Below are positions 1-12,860 of a stretch of DNA of 64,000 nucleotides, piece by piece. Source of the stretch: Ginglymostoma cirratum (lineage: Eukaryota). The position numbers and the translations under genes were made by a program. The stretch is from assembly GCA_024137785.1 (NCBI GenBank), contig JAHRHZ010000082.1, positions 9,202,052-9,266,051 of the forward strand. Reading direction: 5' to 3'. Each line of letters starts with the position of its first letter. The stretch's first letter is position 1. The notes under the pieces were generated by a model. That model was not told where the DNA came from. It saw nothing but the letters and a program-made list of their open reading frames with translations, and searched no databases.

Positions 1-431
1 TGGATGGTGAAGCAATACCGACGTTCAGGAAACATAGTCTCACCAGAGTCGGCTACATCTTGACAACAGATGTCTTAAAGATTAGCTTCCTTTCATCCTT
101 GTATGTGCTTAAGTCAAAAAAAAATCATCAACTACAGAACTCCTTCATAATTCCTTGTTGGAAATAGGCAATGTTTTTATCATCTGGTTGGATTAAGATC
201 AGCTGTTTCTTACTAATTAGCATTAAAGTACAAAAACCAACCGACATTCACTTAACCTCCCAACGTATGCCCTGCAACAGTAGCATTTACCACAGATGAA
301 TCAAATTATCCCTTGTTTAAATGTCTCGGTAATCTCCAGTAAGGCCATGCTGCCTTATTGTGACATTTCACTTTAAGACAGAGATGCCAACATTTATACC
401 TACATTTTGCCCTGTTATATTTGCATAGTAT

Positions 432-543
432 TTACAGCATAGAGACAGATCATTTGGACCAACTGGTTCATGAAAATGTTTACGCTCCACACCAGCTTCC
501 TCCCGGCATCCCCTCAGGAAATATCAGCATTTCCTTATATTCC
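432..543 (-). mobile_element. Old CR1-type LINE 3' end fragment, apparently continuing at ~1195-1320 beyond nested SINEs
   Basis: TACAGCATAGAGACAGATCATTTGGACCAAC is the reverse complement of a CR1/HER1-type 3' tail like those at 17270-17300 and 40130-40160; heavily diverged. Confidence 0.4.
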
Positions 544-607
544 TAGGACTCTTGAGGGACAGTGACAGTGTCCTTCCTCTGAAACTGAGGGATTGGGTTC
601 AAATCTA

Positions 608-943
608 GGGCAGTGTGGTGGCTCAGTGGTTAGCTCTGCTGTCTTGCAGCACTTGGGACCAGGGTTCGATACCAGCCTCAGGTGACTGTCTGTGTGAAGT
701 TTGCACGTTCTACTGTGTCTGTGTGGGTTTCCTTCGGGTGCTCCGGTTTCTTCCCATAGTTCAAAGGTGCGCAGTTTATGTGGATTGGCCATGCTAAATT
801 TCCCACAGTGTCCAGGGGTATGCAGGCTAGGTGGGTTAGCAGGGTCACAGGAATAGGGTAGGATTGATGGGTGTGCACTTGGGAGGGTTGGTGTGGACTT
901 GCTAGGCTGAATGGCCTGCTTCCACACTGTAGGGATTCTATGA
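608..943 (+). mobile_element. HE1-type V-SINE (tRNA-derived), full length
   Basis: A-box TGGCTCAGTGG 619-629, B-box GGTTCGATACC 663-673, V-domain core GTGTGGGTTTCCTTCGGGTGCTCCGGTTTCTTCCCA, CR1/HER1-like tail GGCTGAATGGCCTGCTTCCACACTGTAGGGATTCTATGA. Confidence 0.9.
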
Positions 944-977
944 AATTCCAGTGATTAAGAAACATCTATCCCTCTAG

Positions 978-1190
978 CAGGAGTTTGGTTATCCCATTTG
1001 GCTGGATAGCTGGGTTGTGATGCAGAACATTACCAATGGCATAAGTTCAATTCCTATACCAACTAGAGGTCACGATGAAGGTCCTGCCTTTCCCACCTCA
1101 CCCCTTCCGAAGGAATAGTGACCTTCAAGTTAAACTGCCACCAGTCGTCTTCCTCTAATGAGACAGTACTCCATGATGGCGATGACTCTA
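978..1190 (+). mobile_element. Old tRNA-derived SINE remnant
   Basis: Degenerate B-box AGTTCAATTCC (~1044-1054) followed by a body ending GTTAAACTGCCACCAGTCGTCTTCCTCTAATGAGA; recognised by pattern only. Confidence 0.4.
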
Positions 1191-1708
1191 CTGTCCTTTA
1201 TTCTTTTCTCTCCTCTATTTACCTAATCATTTAATTTGATGCGTCTACATATTTTGCCAAAATCACCCCTTGTTGCAGAGAGTTCTAAGTCAGTATAATT
1301 CACTGGTAATCAAGTTTTTCCCAACTCTCTCCAAAATGATGTAAATAATTTAAGATTTGTAGCACAGTGGCTATTGTATTTGTTAAACTTGATATCTTTC
1401 TATTTACCTTTTATCTCTCTCTTTCAATTATTACAATTTGTATTGTTGATCTTATTTTGATTGTAAATGTTGGATGCCTGTTTATTGCTCCGACTCATTT
1501 GTAGCATTAAGTTGTCTGGTAACTGAGTGCATCAAGAATGCTGCATAAATTTTACAATGTTTATAATTTGTTTTTCTTGAGCTAAAATTTGGAGAACTGT
1601 TCGCTCTTTCAAAGGCAAATACATATATGTAAAATATTAATATTTTCTGATAAGGGACTGCCACAGATTGTGCAGACAGTATGGTATTTGAAAAAAACTG
1701 CTGAAAAT

Positions 1709-2065
1709 CAGGGTTAGTTGTAGCTTGGTTGGTTGCAGTCATGCCTCTGAGTCATAAGGTTCTTGGTTTAAATACCAGCCCAGGGCTCAAGTGCAAAAAA
1801 ACGAGATTAACGTTGCAGGATGCTACTACAGGAGTGCTGCTTTGTTATGGATCTCCCTTTTAAATCAAGGGCCTGTTTAGGTAGATGTAAAAGATCCTAT
1901 GGAAGTTTTATGTTTATCTTATGTCCTATGCAATATTTACCCTTCAGTCATGTGGTCATAAAAACATTATCCGGTCACTTTACAGTTTGAGACCATTTGC
2001 TATTTGACTGCTAAGTTCCTACATCTTAATTGCACTTTGTTAGCTGTCATTTGTTTTGAGAAGTT
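1709..2065 (+). mobile_element. DeuSINE (SacSINE1/AmnSINE1-like), degenerate
   Basis: tRNA-like head (TGCCTCTGAGTCATAAGGTTCTTGGTTTAAATACC) plus Deu-domain motifs AGGTAGATGTAAAAGATCCTATGG and CAATATTTACCCTTCA. Confidence 0.65.
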
Positions 2066-2904
2066 TGTAATTAGTGCCACATTGCCAATGTGCTTGGAAA
2101 GGTGAATGTATTGATGGAGTGATAAAGTTTATCCAGGTATCAATAGCTCCCATACTGCAATTCTGAAATTCTTTCCAACATTTCATAAAAAGCACATTTT
2201 CTTCAAAAAAGACATGTCAGCTTCAATATTTCCAATGACTATGATTGTTAAAGGAAAACCTAAAGCTATTCAGTCTGCATCTTCATTGCCTTTTTAGCTT
2301 TACTAGTCTTTATATAAATTGTTCTCATTCCTGATTTAATTATGACCAGAAAGAAATCTTAATTTGCAGTTAATGTAATGCTGCAGAAGTTTACTAACTT
2401 ATTTCTCTTCCGTTTGCTTTCCTTCAGTCTACAGTAAAAAAATTCCAAACTTTAGGACAGTTCTAGAAATATTTTGCAATACTGTCATATGTATTTTCTA
2501 ATTCTCTTTGACACAAATCATACTCTGCTTAACAAAATATCACCTTGAGTAAGTATTATAAGAGAGTTAAAAAATATTTTGAATAATACAGCAATTAATC
2601 ATTTTGTGGTAGTGTCAACAGTTTTGAAAGAATGTGTTCTCTCCAGATTTGGCTAAAGGCTGACTATGCATATTCATGTGCAGTTTGTAAAAAAAAAAAA
2701 TCACAGCAAGAAAAAGCTTACATTGAGAATTTCTGAATCAAAATTGAAAATGAGTTTGGCAGCAAATGAAGATGCAGTCCTGTAAGAGTACCTGAGTAGT
2801 ATGTTTTGAAGATGGCTCTGTGGAGATGAGATCCACAAGAACTTGTCCAACATTTCAATTCCTTTCTGGTTACTAAGCTTTCACAGAGTGGATCAAAAGA
2901 GTTG

Positions 2905-3100
2905 CAATGGGTAGTGAGCCTGCTTCTGAGCCAGAAGTTGTAGGTTCAATTCCCAGTCCAGTACTTGATGGTCGAGGAAAGTGTGTTTTATAAACTGCCC
3001 AACAGGTCAAGTATCAGTTTGAGCCCTTCCAAGAAATAACAATGGTAGATAGTAAAAGTGGGAGAGATTCCTGGTCAGCCAAGAAAGAAACCGGAGCTCC
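2905..3100 (+). mobile_element. tRNA-derived SINE remnant
   Basis: Head GCTTCTGAGCCAGAAGTTGTAGGTTCAATTCCCAGTCC with a B-box; body not assignable to a family. Confidence 0.4.
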
Positions 3101-3336
3101 TATCAATTGAACTTACAGCTGTAGATTACAGCAACCATTTTACTGTGTATGTTGTCACTATCCTGTGTGTACTTTGTTAAAAATTCGCCTCCACAGATTC
3201 CATGTGTTGTATGTACATCTGCAATGTTGAGACTAGCTTTGGCTAGTCTGAGGTATGTTTGCAAGCTGCACAAATAAAAACCAGTTAGTTTGTTATTTTC
3301 CTGCTTTATCATTTTTAAATTATTTTACTGTTTTAG

Positions 3337-3372
3337 GTGAACTAACCCTCAGTGTAAATGAATCCATTACAG
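3337..3372 (+). other. Candidate 36-nt phase 1-1 exon, (G)ELTLSVNESIT(G)
   Basis: Acceptor attttactgttttag, donor CAG|gtgact, length divisible by 3, only the phase-1 frame is open. Host gene unknown. Confidence 0.25.
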
Positions 3373-3744
3373 GTGACTGATTTTATACTGTTAACATTAG
3401 CATAGCAGTTACAACATCTCAATTGCCATGGTGGTTCTGTTGATTAGATGGCATGAGTGCATCACATTGGTGTCAACAGTTTGATACTCATTTCCTGCCC
3501 TAGCTGGGAAGGATTTAGAACCAGTCTCCTTTCCCTATCCCTGATGGAGATTTCAACATTTCAAGTTTTGCCTTCAAGCAGAGAATTGAAGAAGTGTATT
3601 TATTCTCCATGGCTTGACCAGCCCTGAAATAAGCAACTGTGTGCTGTGTAAAAATAAATTTCTACTTTGTGTAAACAGTACACGAAAACTCTTGCACTTG
3701 TTGGTAGGAAGTTATTAGAATTAATTCCGAGGAACAGAATATAT

Positions 3745-4955
3745 CTGCGATTAATTAATCAGGGATAATCAGCATGGAATTTTTTTAAGGGAAGATTATA
3801 TTTAATAGATTTGTTCAAATTCATTGAGGAGGAAACGGTGAGTGTTGGTGAGGGTAACGTATTTGATGTGGTTTATGTTTGGCAAGGTTTCTGATATGGT
3901 CTATCACGATCAAGAAATTAAGAGCCTATGGGATTCAGACCAAAATAGCATGTTAGATCTCATTTTGGCTGAGGGGCAGATGATGGTAGAGGGATGTTTC
4001 TGTTTCCAGTGAGGTTCTGCAGTGCTCAGTGCTGGGGCCTTTACTGCTTGCAGTATGCATTAATCATTTTGACTTAAATGTAGAGGATATGGTCAAGAAA
4101 TTCGTGACTGACACAAAAATTTGTAGGATGGTAAAAAGTGAGGATGATAACTATGAACTGCAGGAGGATATCAATGCACTGGTCATGTGGGCAGACCAGT
4201 GGACAAATGAAATCAACCCAAAAACTGTGATGTAATGTGCTTGGGGAGGGCTGACAGGGCAATGGATTACACTGTGGACCTTAGAACTATAGAAAGTAGT
4301 GAGGATCAGGCAGACCTTGGTGTTCACATCTACAGATCCCTGAAGGTACCAGGGCAAGTACCTAAGGTGATTATTAAGGAATATGGGATATTTGCTTTAA
4401 TTAGCTGAGGCATAGCGTATATGAGCAGAGGGTATATGCTGGAACTGTATAAGATAGTAATAGGTCAGAACTGGAATACTGCATGCAGTTTTGGTCACCA
4501 TATTATTGGAGAGGTGTGTTTGTATTAGAGAGAGGGCAAAGGAGGTTTATCAGGGGATCTGAGCCATGAAGAAAGATTGGATAGGTTGGTGTTGTTTTCC
4601 TTGGAGCAGCGTAGGTGTGGAGACCTGATAGTTTAGTGTGGATATGAAGGCAATTTCCCTTGAGTAGAGGGGTCAATAACTGGGTATAGATTTAAAGTCA
4701 AGGGTAGAAAGATAAGGAGGCAGTTGAGGAAAGGTGGTTTGACCCAGAGAGTGTGGGAGTCTGGAACTCACTATCTGAAAGGGTAACTGAATCACAAAAT
4801 CTTGTACTATGTATACAGTATCTAGATATTCACTTGCATTACCATAGCCTCCAGGGCTTTGGGATAAGAGCTAGAAAATGCAATCCGTGCAGTCAGAACA
4901 TTGTTGGCAAGCATGGATACGATGGAATGAATGGCCTCCCACTGTGCTGTAAACA
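3745..4955 (+). mobile_element. CR1 LINE, 5'-truncated decayed ORF2 (RT) plus 3' UTR
   Basis: ORF 4029-4235 carries (S)VLGPLL...KKFVTDTKI, degenerate GSVLGPLLF / KFADDTK; 3' tail GAATGGCCTCCCACTGTGCTGTAA; many stops and frameshifts. Confidence 0.9.
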
Positions 4956-6084
4956 TCTGAGTCTGATGTTAGGTTGGAGGCAAAAGGACTGCCCTTCTGT
5001 AAGTGATGAGTAGGTAATCAACGTAAGTGAAGAGGTCAGTTAACACGAGCAGACTGGAACTTCCCAATCACCCAGCAGGACCCCTTTGCTTCAAGAACAG
5101 GCAGAATTCTACTGTAAGACAACATTCCAGTGGTACACAGTGTGGTCTGTACTCCAGGTGGACTGAGACCCTTTTTGCCAACCTCCCTATCTTTGTAGCC
5201 ATGGCGCTGTCCTGTGGAATGGTCCCCTTCCTAAATGGTTGATTGGAAGTTACGACCAATTTCCAAACTCAAGTTTTGAAAGCGCAGAGAAATTCTGCCT
5301 CAAAGTAGAATGACCTAGCCATAAGGCTCCTTCGTCCTATTGAACAGACAGCTTCAAGTGTCTATCCCCTGTCCAGTAATTATTTAGGGGGTGCAATCTA
5401 TTGCCATTAATTGAGCAATACAGGAAAAACCACTGCTACCTGACTGTTCCCAACCTGTGTTCCATTTGCACTTTGTTTTCACACAGGTTTTGGGGGTTCA
5501 TACCAAAATTGCAAAGTCCTACTTGTGGAGTCAGTCATAGCTCAGCTCGTAGCACTCTAGACTGAGGCAGAAGGTTGTGGCTTTAAGCCTCACACCACAA
5601 ATTAAGAACAAGCACTAAACTGCATGCTAAGTGTACATATTTCATAATCTGTTGATCTTCTTACTTTTGGCTCAATCCTATTAGTTGCTGTTTCAATACC
5701 TTCACTACCTTTTTCCTCTGTATAAGTAAAGCTTACATTGAAGATCCGAAGAATGACAAACATGGCGTAATTCAGTGGAGAGTATGTGCATACACATCTA
5801 CGCAGATGGAGAGAGGCAGTAGAGGTGAGTAGGTCAGAAATATCAACTGATTACACTCTTCCAGTTACAATCAATTGCACTTTGTACGATGTAAAGGATG
5901 GAAAATATTTAGTAAAACTGGAATCAACTGCTTTTTGATTGTGGAATATGCATTAATGCATGCTGCAAGATTTTGCACTGGTGGGAAAATCAACATGAAA
6001 AGACTGCATCAAACAATCACAGTTACAATGTCAATTGTCCCAAAGGCAGTGTGTTCATGTTTGTCCCTCAATATGGATTAACTA

Positions 6085-6200
6085 ACATCCTGGGGAAAGG
6101 TCACCGGACTTGAAATGTTAACTCTATTTTTTCCTTCACAGATGCTGCTGGACCTGCTGAGTTTTTCCAGTAACTTTGTTTCTGTTTCATCTGGAATTGT
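6085..6200 (+). mobile_element. PLE 3'-terminal fragment with degenerate HHR core
   Basis: GAAAGGTCACCGGACTTGAAATGTTAACTC...ACAGATGCTGCTGGACCTGCTGAGTTTTTCCAG matches the copies at 21937-22000 and 53035-53105. Confidence 0.65.
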
Positions 6201-6309
6201 TGTTTTAACTTTCCCCAAGAATCATAATGGTTTTACCATCACTGGATCATCGACTTTTCAGTTTGTTCTAACATTATGGACACCACTAGCTTCATCAGTT
6301 TTAACTGTC

Positions 6310-6775
6310 GGTCCCTAATTGCCTTTGAGAATGTGGTGGCGAGGCTTCCTTGAACAGTTACAGTCCATGTTGCGACGTAGGGACACCCACAGTGCTGTTA
6401 AGAAGGGAGCTCACTGACAGTGAAGGAACAATGATTTAGATCCAAGACAAAATGGTTTGTGGCTTGGAGGGGAATTTGCAGGTGGTGAAGTTCCCCTTGC
6501 ATCTGCTGTCCATGCCTGTGCTTCTGGGTGTTCAAGGTTTCAAGTTTGACAGATTCTGCCAAAGTTAATTGCATTGTATCTCGTACATCAAGTACACTGC
6601 TGCCAGAGTGCAACAGTGATAGAGGAAGTGACTGTTCAACATTGTGGGTTGGATGCCAATCTAGTGGGCTACTGTGGATACCATGCTTATTGAGTATTGT
6701 TGGAGCTGCAATCATCCAGGGAAGTGGAGAGTATTTCATCACAATGCTGACTTGTGCCTTGTAAAATGATGGACT
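6310..6775 (-). mobile_element. CR1/L2-group LINE, ORF2 C-terminus and 3' region
   Basis: Minus ORF 6398-6742 starts MMKYSPLPWMIAAPTILNK, resembling the conserved 'VMEYSPLAWMSAAPTTLKKL' block; its 3' end shares CCCTAATTGCC with the SINE tails at 12570 and 15815. Confidence 0.7.
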
Positions 6776-7234
6776 GCACTTCTGATTGATATCAACGGAA
6801 AGTGAAATCTGACCAAACTTAGTACAATCTGTCAGTTAGCTGAAATTAACCATTTTTAAAAATGACCAACTGCACAACTTTATCTTACAATGAGATAACA
6901 ATAATTGTAAAGTAAAATTGTACAGTCAATCCTTATATTGTACATTTAAAACAAAATCTGTTACATTGAAACAAATTTGCCCACTAGTAGATTCTACTGC
7001 TATGACTTCGCTGCTATTGTCAGTGGTATATATTTTGCTAGATATCAAAATTGCTTAACTCTTGGTATTCAGCCAACGCTAGGTGAGAAAAAAAACAGTT
7101 TCACTGAGATTAGATCTGAAATTGCCAACTATTATCATCTTTCCTCATTGCCACAAATTCACGCACAGTTGGATCAATGAAGGAAAATAAACTTGAGCTG
7201 AATTTGTTTTTACATGTAATCATTCATCACTGAA

Positions 7235-7570
7235 TTTCCAGCATCTGAACTGCTCTTCAAACCAATATTTATAAGGCTGACGCAGTTTGGTTTCTGGTCA
7301 ATGGTAAACCTCCAGAATGTTGATAGTGGGGAATTCAGTGATGCTGATGCCATTGAGTATCAAGGGCAGATAGTTGGATCTGCTCTTGTTGGAGATGGCT
7401 ATTGCTCGACATTTATTTGGCTGGTGACATTTATGCCACACATCAGCCCAAGTGGAGTGCTTTCCAGGACTTACTGTGTGCAGGCTTTAGGATCACAGGA
7501 ATTGCAAATGGCTCTGAGGACTGAGCAATCAGCGGATATCCCCAACGTTGGAGTTTATATTGGAGGAAGG
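7235..7570 (-). mobile_element. Degenerate LINE RT fragment, probably the same family as 6310-6775
   Basis: TTTCTGGTCAATGGTAAACCTCCAGAATGTTGA read on the minus strand gives INILEVYH*PE, a frameshifted 'INILGVTIDQKL'-like RT domain 7. Confidence 0.55.
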
Positions 7571-10500
7571 GGATCGCGAAAGGATTGGATGATAACACTA
7601 ACTATTGAATATTCTTCTTGTTTTTATTAATTAAAAACTGATTGTGGTTCTGGGTTGGGAAAAAGAGCTGTTTTGCCCAGTTTATGAATAAGTGTAACAG
7701 CACGTTCAGTGCAAGTTCACTTCATTGATCCAGCTGTGTGTAAATCTATTGCCAAAAGAAAGAATGATAATAATTGGCAATATCACATGCAATCTTGGTG
7801 ATGTTCCTTATTCTTTACAATAGGCTGGCTGGATACTGAAAGTTGATATCAAACAACTGAATTACAGCTGACAGAAGCAGCAAATCATAGCAGTAGAGCC
7901 CACCAGTGGAGAAAATTCTTTTCAACTTGACAGATTCTTTTGTATTTAAAACAAAATATACTGATGATTGACGATTTTATTATTTAGCAATGATTACTAT
8001 AACCTACTTACCTGCTAAAATGAAATAAAGAGATTAATTTTAGCTAATTGACAGAAGTTGGTGTTAAATGGGTGATCTGTCAATCCTGTTAGTTTTTCAC
8101 CAGGTGAACTTGGATAAAATTGCTTAAGATTGCACCAGAAAATTTGAATTTCGCTTTTCTTTCAGCCACGTTTGCATAGCAATCACTGATAGTGGTAAAG
8201 GGCTTAGGAAGTCATAATGACATTTATGTTTATCAGCTTGGACATAACTTAAATTCTTTAGCTTTGCGAGCAACCAGTAGAAATGTTCTGGGCAGAATAA
8301 TTCTTCACTCGTGCGAATGCCAGCTGAGTGTGAATTTTAATTTTGTTTCTGTTTTCGAATTACAAAGGTAAACATGAGTTGATGTCATTCTGGATGAGAA
8401 GCCAGCAATGAACACCTTATAACCTAAATAAAGCATAAACTGACCTTTCAGTAAATTTGATATGAGTCACCAGGATTAACACTGTTCTCTGTCAGAATAA
8501 GGAGGATGGGACAATGAAAGAAAGTAAATGTGTGATGCTGGAAGAGCGATGTGACTATCTGATGTCAGCTGTAGGGTACAGAACAGTCTCACTATTCTGA
8601 TGGAAGAAATTGCTCAAATGACCACCGACGAATTGGATTTTTTATGTGACCTGATTTAACTCTGGAAAAGACTTCTTGTATGTGAGCACAGTTCATTTTG
8701 AACTCCACTTTACTGACCACATTAAAATTCTCTTTTGCACAACTCCCCATCCCCACCTTCCTGGATTGACCCATAAAAGTGTGGAAATGGTTTTCATGAA
8801 AAATGAGATGTTTGAAGTTGCAGTGTAATGAGAAAATTGTCCTGTTCTAAAATATGTGTGCACTGGCAATACTGTAATAATTGTCAATTCAGGTTAATGA
8901 AACTCTGTATATATCTGGACACAATCTTCATGTCTTTGTACACACATGCTGTAACATCATATTAAAATACAATCTCGACTTAATGAGCAAGGAATGGGAC
9001 AGACACATGGCACTTTAGAATGCCAAGTGCCTTTCCCATAGGACGAGCATTCCTGGAAACAGGACCCTGAGCTTCCAGATTGTTTTCCACACTTGCATGA
9101 TTCAGTGATATTTGGCAGTGACCTTACACTTCAGCAAAGCATGTGTGCACCATTTGATTTACTAGGCTTCCTCCACAATTGTCAGACCAAACAAACAACA
9201 ATATTGAAGTGGTCATTTGAAGATGTGCACTATCACAAGAAAATAAATTTACTCTATCACACCCTTCAGTTTTAATGTTTTCTTGTTAACTTGATTATCA
9301 ACAACAAGTTTACAACTCTCCCCATCGAGGATGGTAAGCTACTTTAGAGCTCTGAATAAGAGTAATGGTATGTTGGCATTGCCATACCAAATGCTCTAGA
9401 CACATTGATCAGTGACGGAGGCATTACTCAGATTAATTACAGCATTGGTGGGGCTCCATTGTGACTCAGCATGGAATATAGCTTTCTGTTCCAACAACAC
9501 ACCCTTATTATTAATTGCCACAGTAAATCAGCAGCTTGAATTAGTTGATTTCAATGTTCTTGCAAACTAAAATTGAGACATTATATTTCATGCATGCTTT
9601 GTACCAGAATTGATGTGGAAATAATTTATAACAAACAACGTTTTAGTTATGATGGCATGTTTGTCTCTCTGCTTCACCTAAACTAATTACATATCAGCCT
9701 TTGTAAATGAGAGTATTGCAAGTTGGACATGATTGTCTGCCAAAAAGTGTTCACGTTTGCTTCCATTGACAGATTAAAATCTTATAAATATTATTGAGGA
9801 CAAGAAGATGATCGACACTACTTAATGTTGTAATTTAAACTAAACTAATTCTCATATCTGGAACTCCCTGCTGTACAATGCTTAGCCTTTCCTTAACATT
9901 CTGCTACATTCATTGGAATTGTAAACTGAAAGGTACCTGATTCACACGAAAAATGATAGAATTTTGACACCTAATGTAGTTTTCAGCTCCAAACAAAAAT
10001 GACATGCGCTTGTGTTTATTAAGCTCATCATGATCATGAATTTCTACACTATTTCTGGACTGTCAACAAAGATCTTTGCTCCAGAGAAACAGCTTCAAAT
10101 CGTCATAGAAGGAAAAGTGTGAGTCAGTGTTCATCAGGATTGCAAATTTCTCATGTGTGCAAAGAAAAATTGACTGTGACCATGCCTACACCAACATCCC
10201 TCAAAATGCAGGTAATGAGCGGTGGTAGGTGCCACACCATGCAGACCAACATTCAGTTTCCTGGTACTAATAATGATGCTATTGTCCTCTGCCATTCCTC
10301 GATACTCGGGTTAATTCCACCCAGATTATCAGGTGTCAGACCAATAACGAAGATGTTTATGTGGCCCATGATTACTGAAAGCAACCTAAGCACGCAAGGC
10401 ATACAATGAGAGGCATACATCTGTCAAAGCTCTGAGCAGTCTGACAGGACTTCAAGCAGAGCTTCCAGTGTCTCAATCACCCTGCCAGCATTCTGTAAAG

Positions 10501-12532
10501 TAGTCTAACATGACTCGTCAATTTTGTTGGTGTCTGTTTCAAGCTGTATAAATGTGCCCTTCAAGGGAACCATGTCTCAGAACCACCTGAATAGGAAGAA
10601 GTACAGGAGGCTGAAGATGATAATTGGGATCATTTCATCCACTAGAGGACCAGAAATTCCATACCCCCACCACTTTAATATCCTTGAAGTTTAGATCTTC
10701 TTTGGTCTTGCCTCACCAATAGTTAAAGCAGCAATGCAGTTATCAGAAGATCAATCATATCAAACTGTGTCATTGGAATTTTGTTATCGTACTGAATTAG
10801 CAACAGGAAGCAGACAATGACTACTAACCAAGCCCTGGTCCCTGCTTTGTGTTCTATTCTGGTTGTCATGTAGACAGAGTTTGGGAGACTGAAAGCCGCT
10901 GAGCTTCCATTTGAAGCTGTCTTAGTTGATGGTGGATGGTGGCCTTGACAATTTGGGCACAGAAAGCCTGGCTGAAGGCTACAACAACTTAGTCAGCACT
11001 GAAACATTGGGATGAGTTGTCTGGCATCAGCCTGGGCACTATTAATGAAGCTGGATAGCAAGATGCTACCCTGATAGAAGATAGCGCTGCTTATACTATC
11101 CCAAGGCTCTGTGTTATCACTCCCATTGCCTTGAGTGAAGACTAAATATACGAACTAGATGAGGCTGTCAACAACCTTTTCAATTAAGTCCTTTATGTAC
11201 TTTGAAATGCTAACAATCCATGTTCCCAGCAAGCTGTTCCATTTACCACTAGAGGTTCCTTTGTTGGATTTTCCCTCCATTGTTATCAGAATTGGCCTTT
11301 CCATAGTTGGCTGCTATTGCAAAGGCCCATGAGAAGACCTTACACAGTTTAGAAATGAGCACTTCAATACTTAGTGCCATATATTCCTCCACAGCGACCT
11401 AGAAGGTCGCAGTGTACAACTGGTAATCTGCTATCGGCTGGGCAATGAGTTGCCTTCTGCGTTCTCTGCATCAAGATTCTGATGCTCTCTGTCTCACACA
11501 GACGAGCTGCTTTTTGATGTAAAATGCAATCAACCTTAATTTTATTAAATAGTAGAGCTGCATCAGGCAGCTGAACAGCCCATTCCCTTTCCTTATTTGC
11601 AAATTCTTGGGATAGGTATAATCATCTTACAATTCTTACAATTATTTTAAAATCTGCGTGTGTGAAAAATGACAATTATTGTTAGACAACTAACTTACAC
11701 TTTAGCTAAATGAATTGCAATTAAGGAACTTCACTTAAAGTATTCAAAAAGAGAAGAGGAAAAATCCAAAGCAAAAATCACCTTCAGGCTTCCCAATGAG
11801 AAACCATTGAAAGTAATTTAAATATGGAATGAATGTAATTGAAAAGGCCCTTTGCATTGGGAAAGCTAACTTCAGAATTGGTGATGTGATGACCTTTACT
11901 GCGAAAACAGTATAGAAGGAAACTTTTCATAATTTTTAAATATCTTATTTCTTAATTCTTTTTAAGAAGTTTTTGTTACGGAAATAAATTACAATAATTG
12001 TAATTTTCTTGGATAATAAGCAGCACGGTTTATGATACTTGGTGACCCTTAACCTGGAAGCAGAGCCAACAGGAAAGTAGGTAAGATATGATCAGAAAAT
12101 AACCAGGCATGAAGGAGAGTTGCAGACAGAGATGCTGGACAGTCAGATCAAGAGAGAATGATTCTACTTATACAGAGGAGAAGAAAATTCCTCTTGTATT
12201 CTGTTTTTTGCAAAACAGGGACAGGTGTTCTTGGGAAGCAATGTGGGAGGTGGATTTTTTTTTGTCTTAAAAACAGTTTTAAAGTCTGAAACTATGCAAT
12301 AGCCTGGATACAAGAAGATCTGTGTAGGATATTAAAGGACTAGGGAATGTCTGGAGCCTGGTTTTTTTTTTAATTATACTAATGTACTTCCTTAATACTG
12401 ATGTTAGATTGTATTGGCTGATAGCTCTTTGGACTCAAAATTGCTTGGTTGAAAAATCAAACCTCAACACACACATGACATATCAGGAGATGATCCCAAA
12501 GTTGTTAACTGTGTATGCTGGGCTGTGCTTGC

Positions 12533-12860
12533 TTTTTTTAAAATTCAAGACCAGTGTTTATTCTCCATCCCTGATTGCCCAGAGGGCAGTTAAGAGTTAA
12601 TCAAATTGTTGTGGGTCTGGAGTCATATGTAGATCAGACCAGGTAAGGATGGTGGTTTCCTTGCCTAAAGGCCATTAATGAATTGGAAGGGATTTTCCAT
12701 CAATTGATTTATGGTCATCATGGTCTTAATTCCAGATTTTTATTGAATTTATTGAAATGCCACCATCTGCCATGATGGAATTCTGACCCAGATACCCAGA
12801 ACATTACCTGGGTCATTAGATTAACAGTCCAGTGATAATACCACGAGGCCATCACCTCCC
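12533..12860 (-). mobile_element. tRNA-derived SINE with a LINE-shared tail (family of 15752-16114)
   Basis: Visibly similar to 15752-16114 (GGGTCTGGAGTCA.ATGTAG..CAGACCAGGTAAGGATGG); minus-strand head GGGAGGTGATGGCCTCGTGG. Confidence 0.8.

Noticed and set aside
608-680. tRNA gene
   Set aside because: The A/B boxes run directly into the SINE body; it is a SINE head, as are those at 16114 and 37681.
535-965. Overlapping 130/60/95-aa ORFs
   Set aside because: They are translations of the HE1 SINE.
10150-11500. Possible ancient DNA-transposon interior (also 14000-14820 and 61290-61930)
   Set aside because: Composition suggests old repeats, but I could not find transposase motifs or terminal repeats to support a call.
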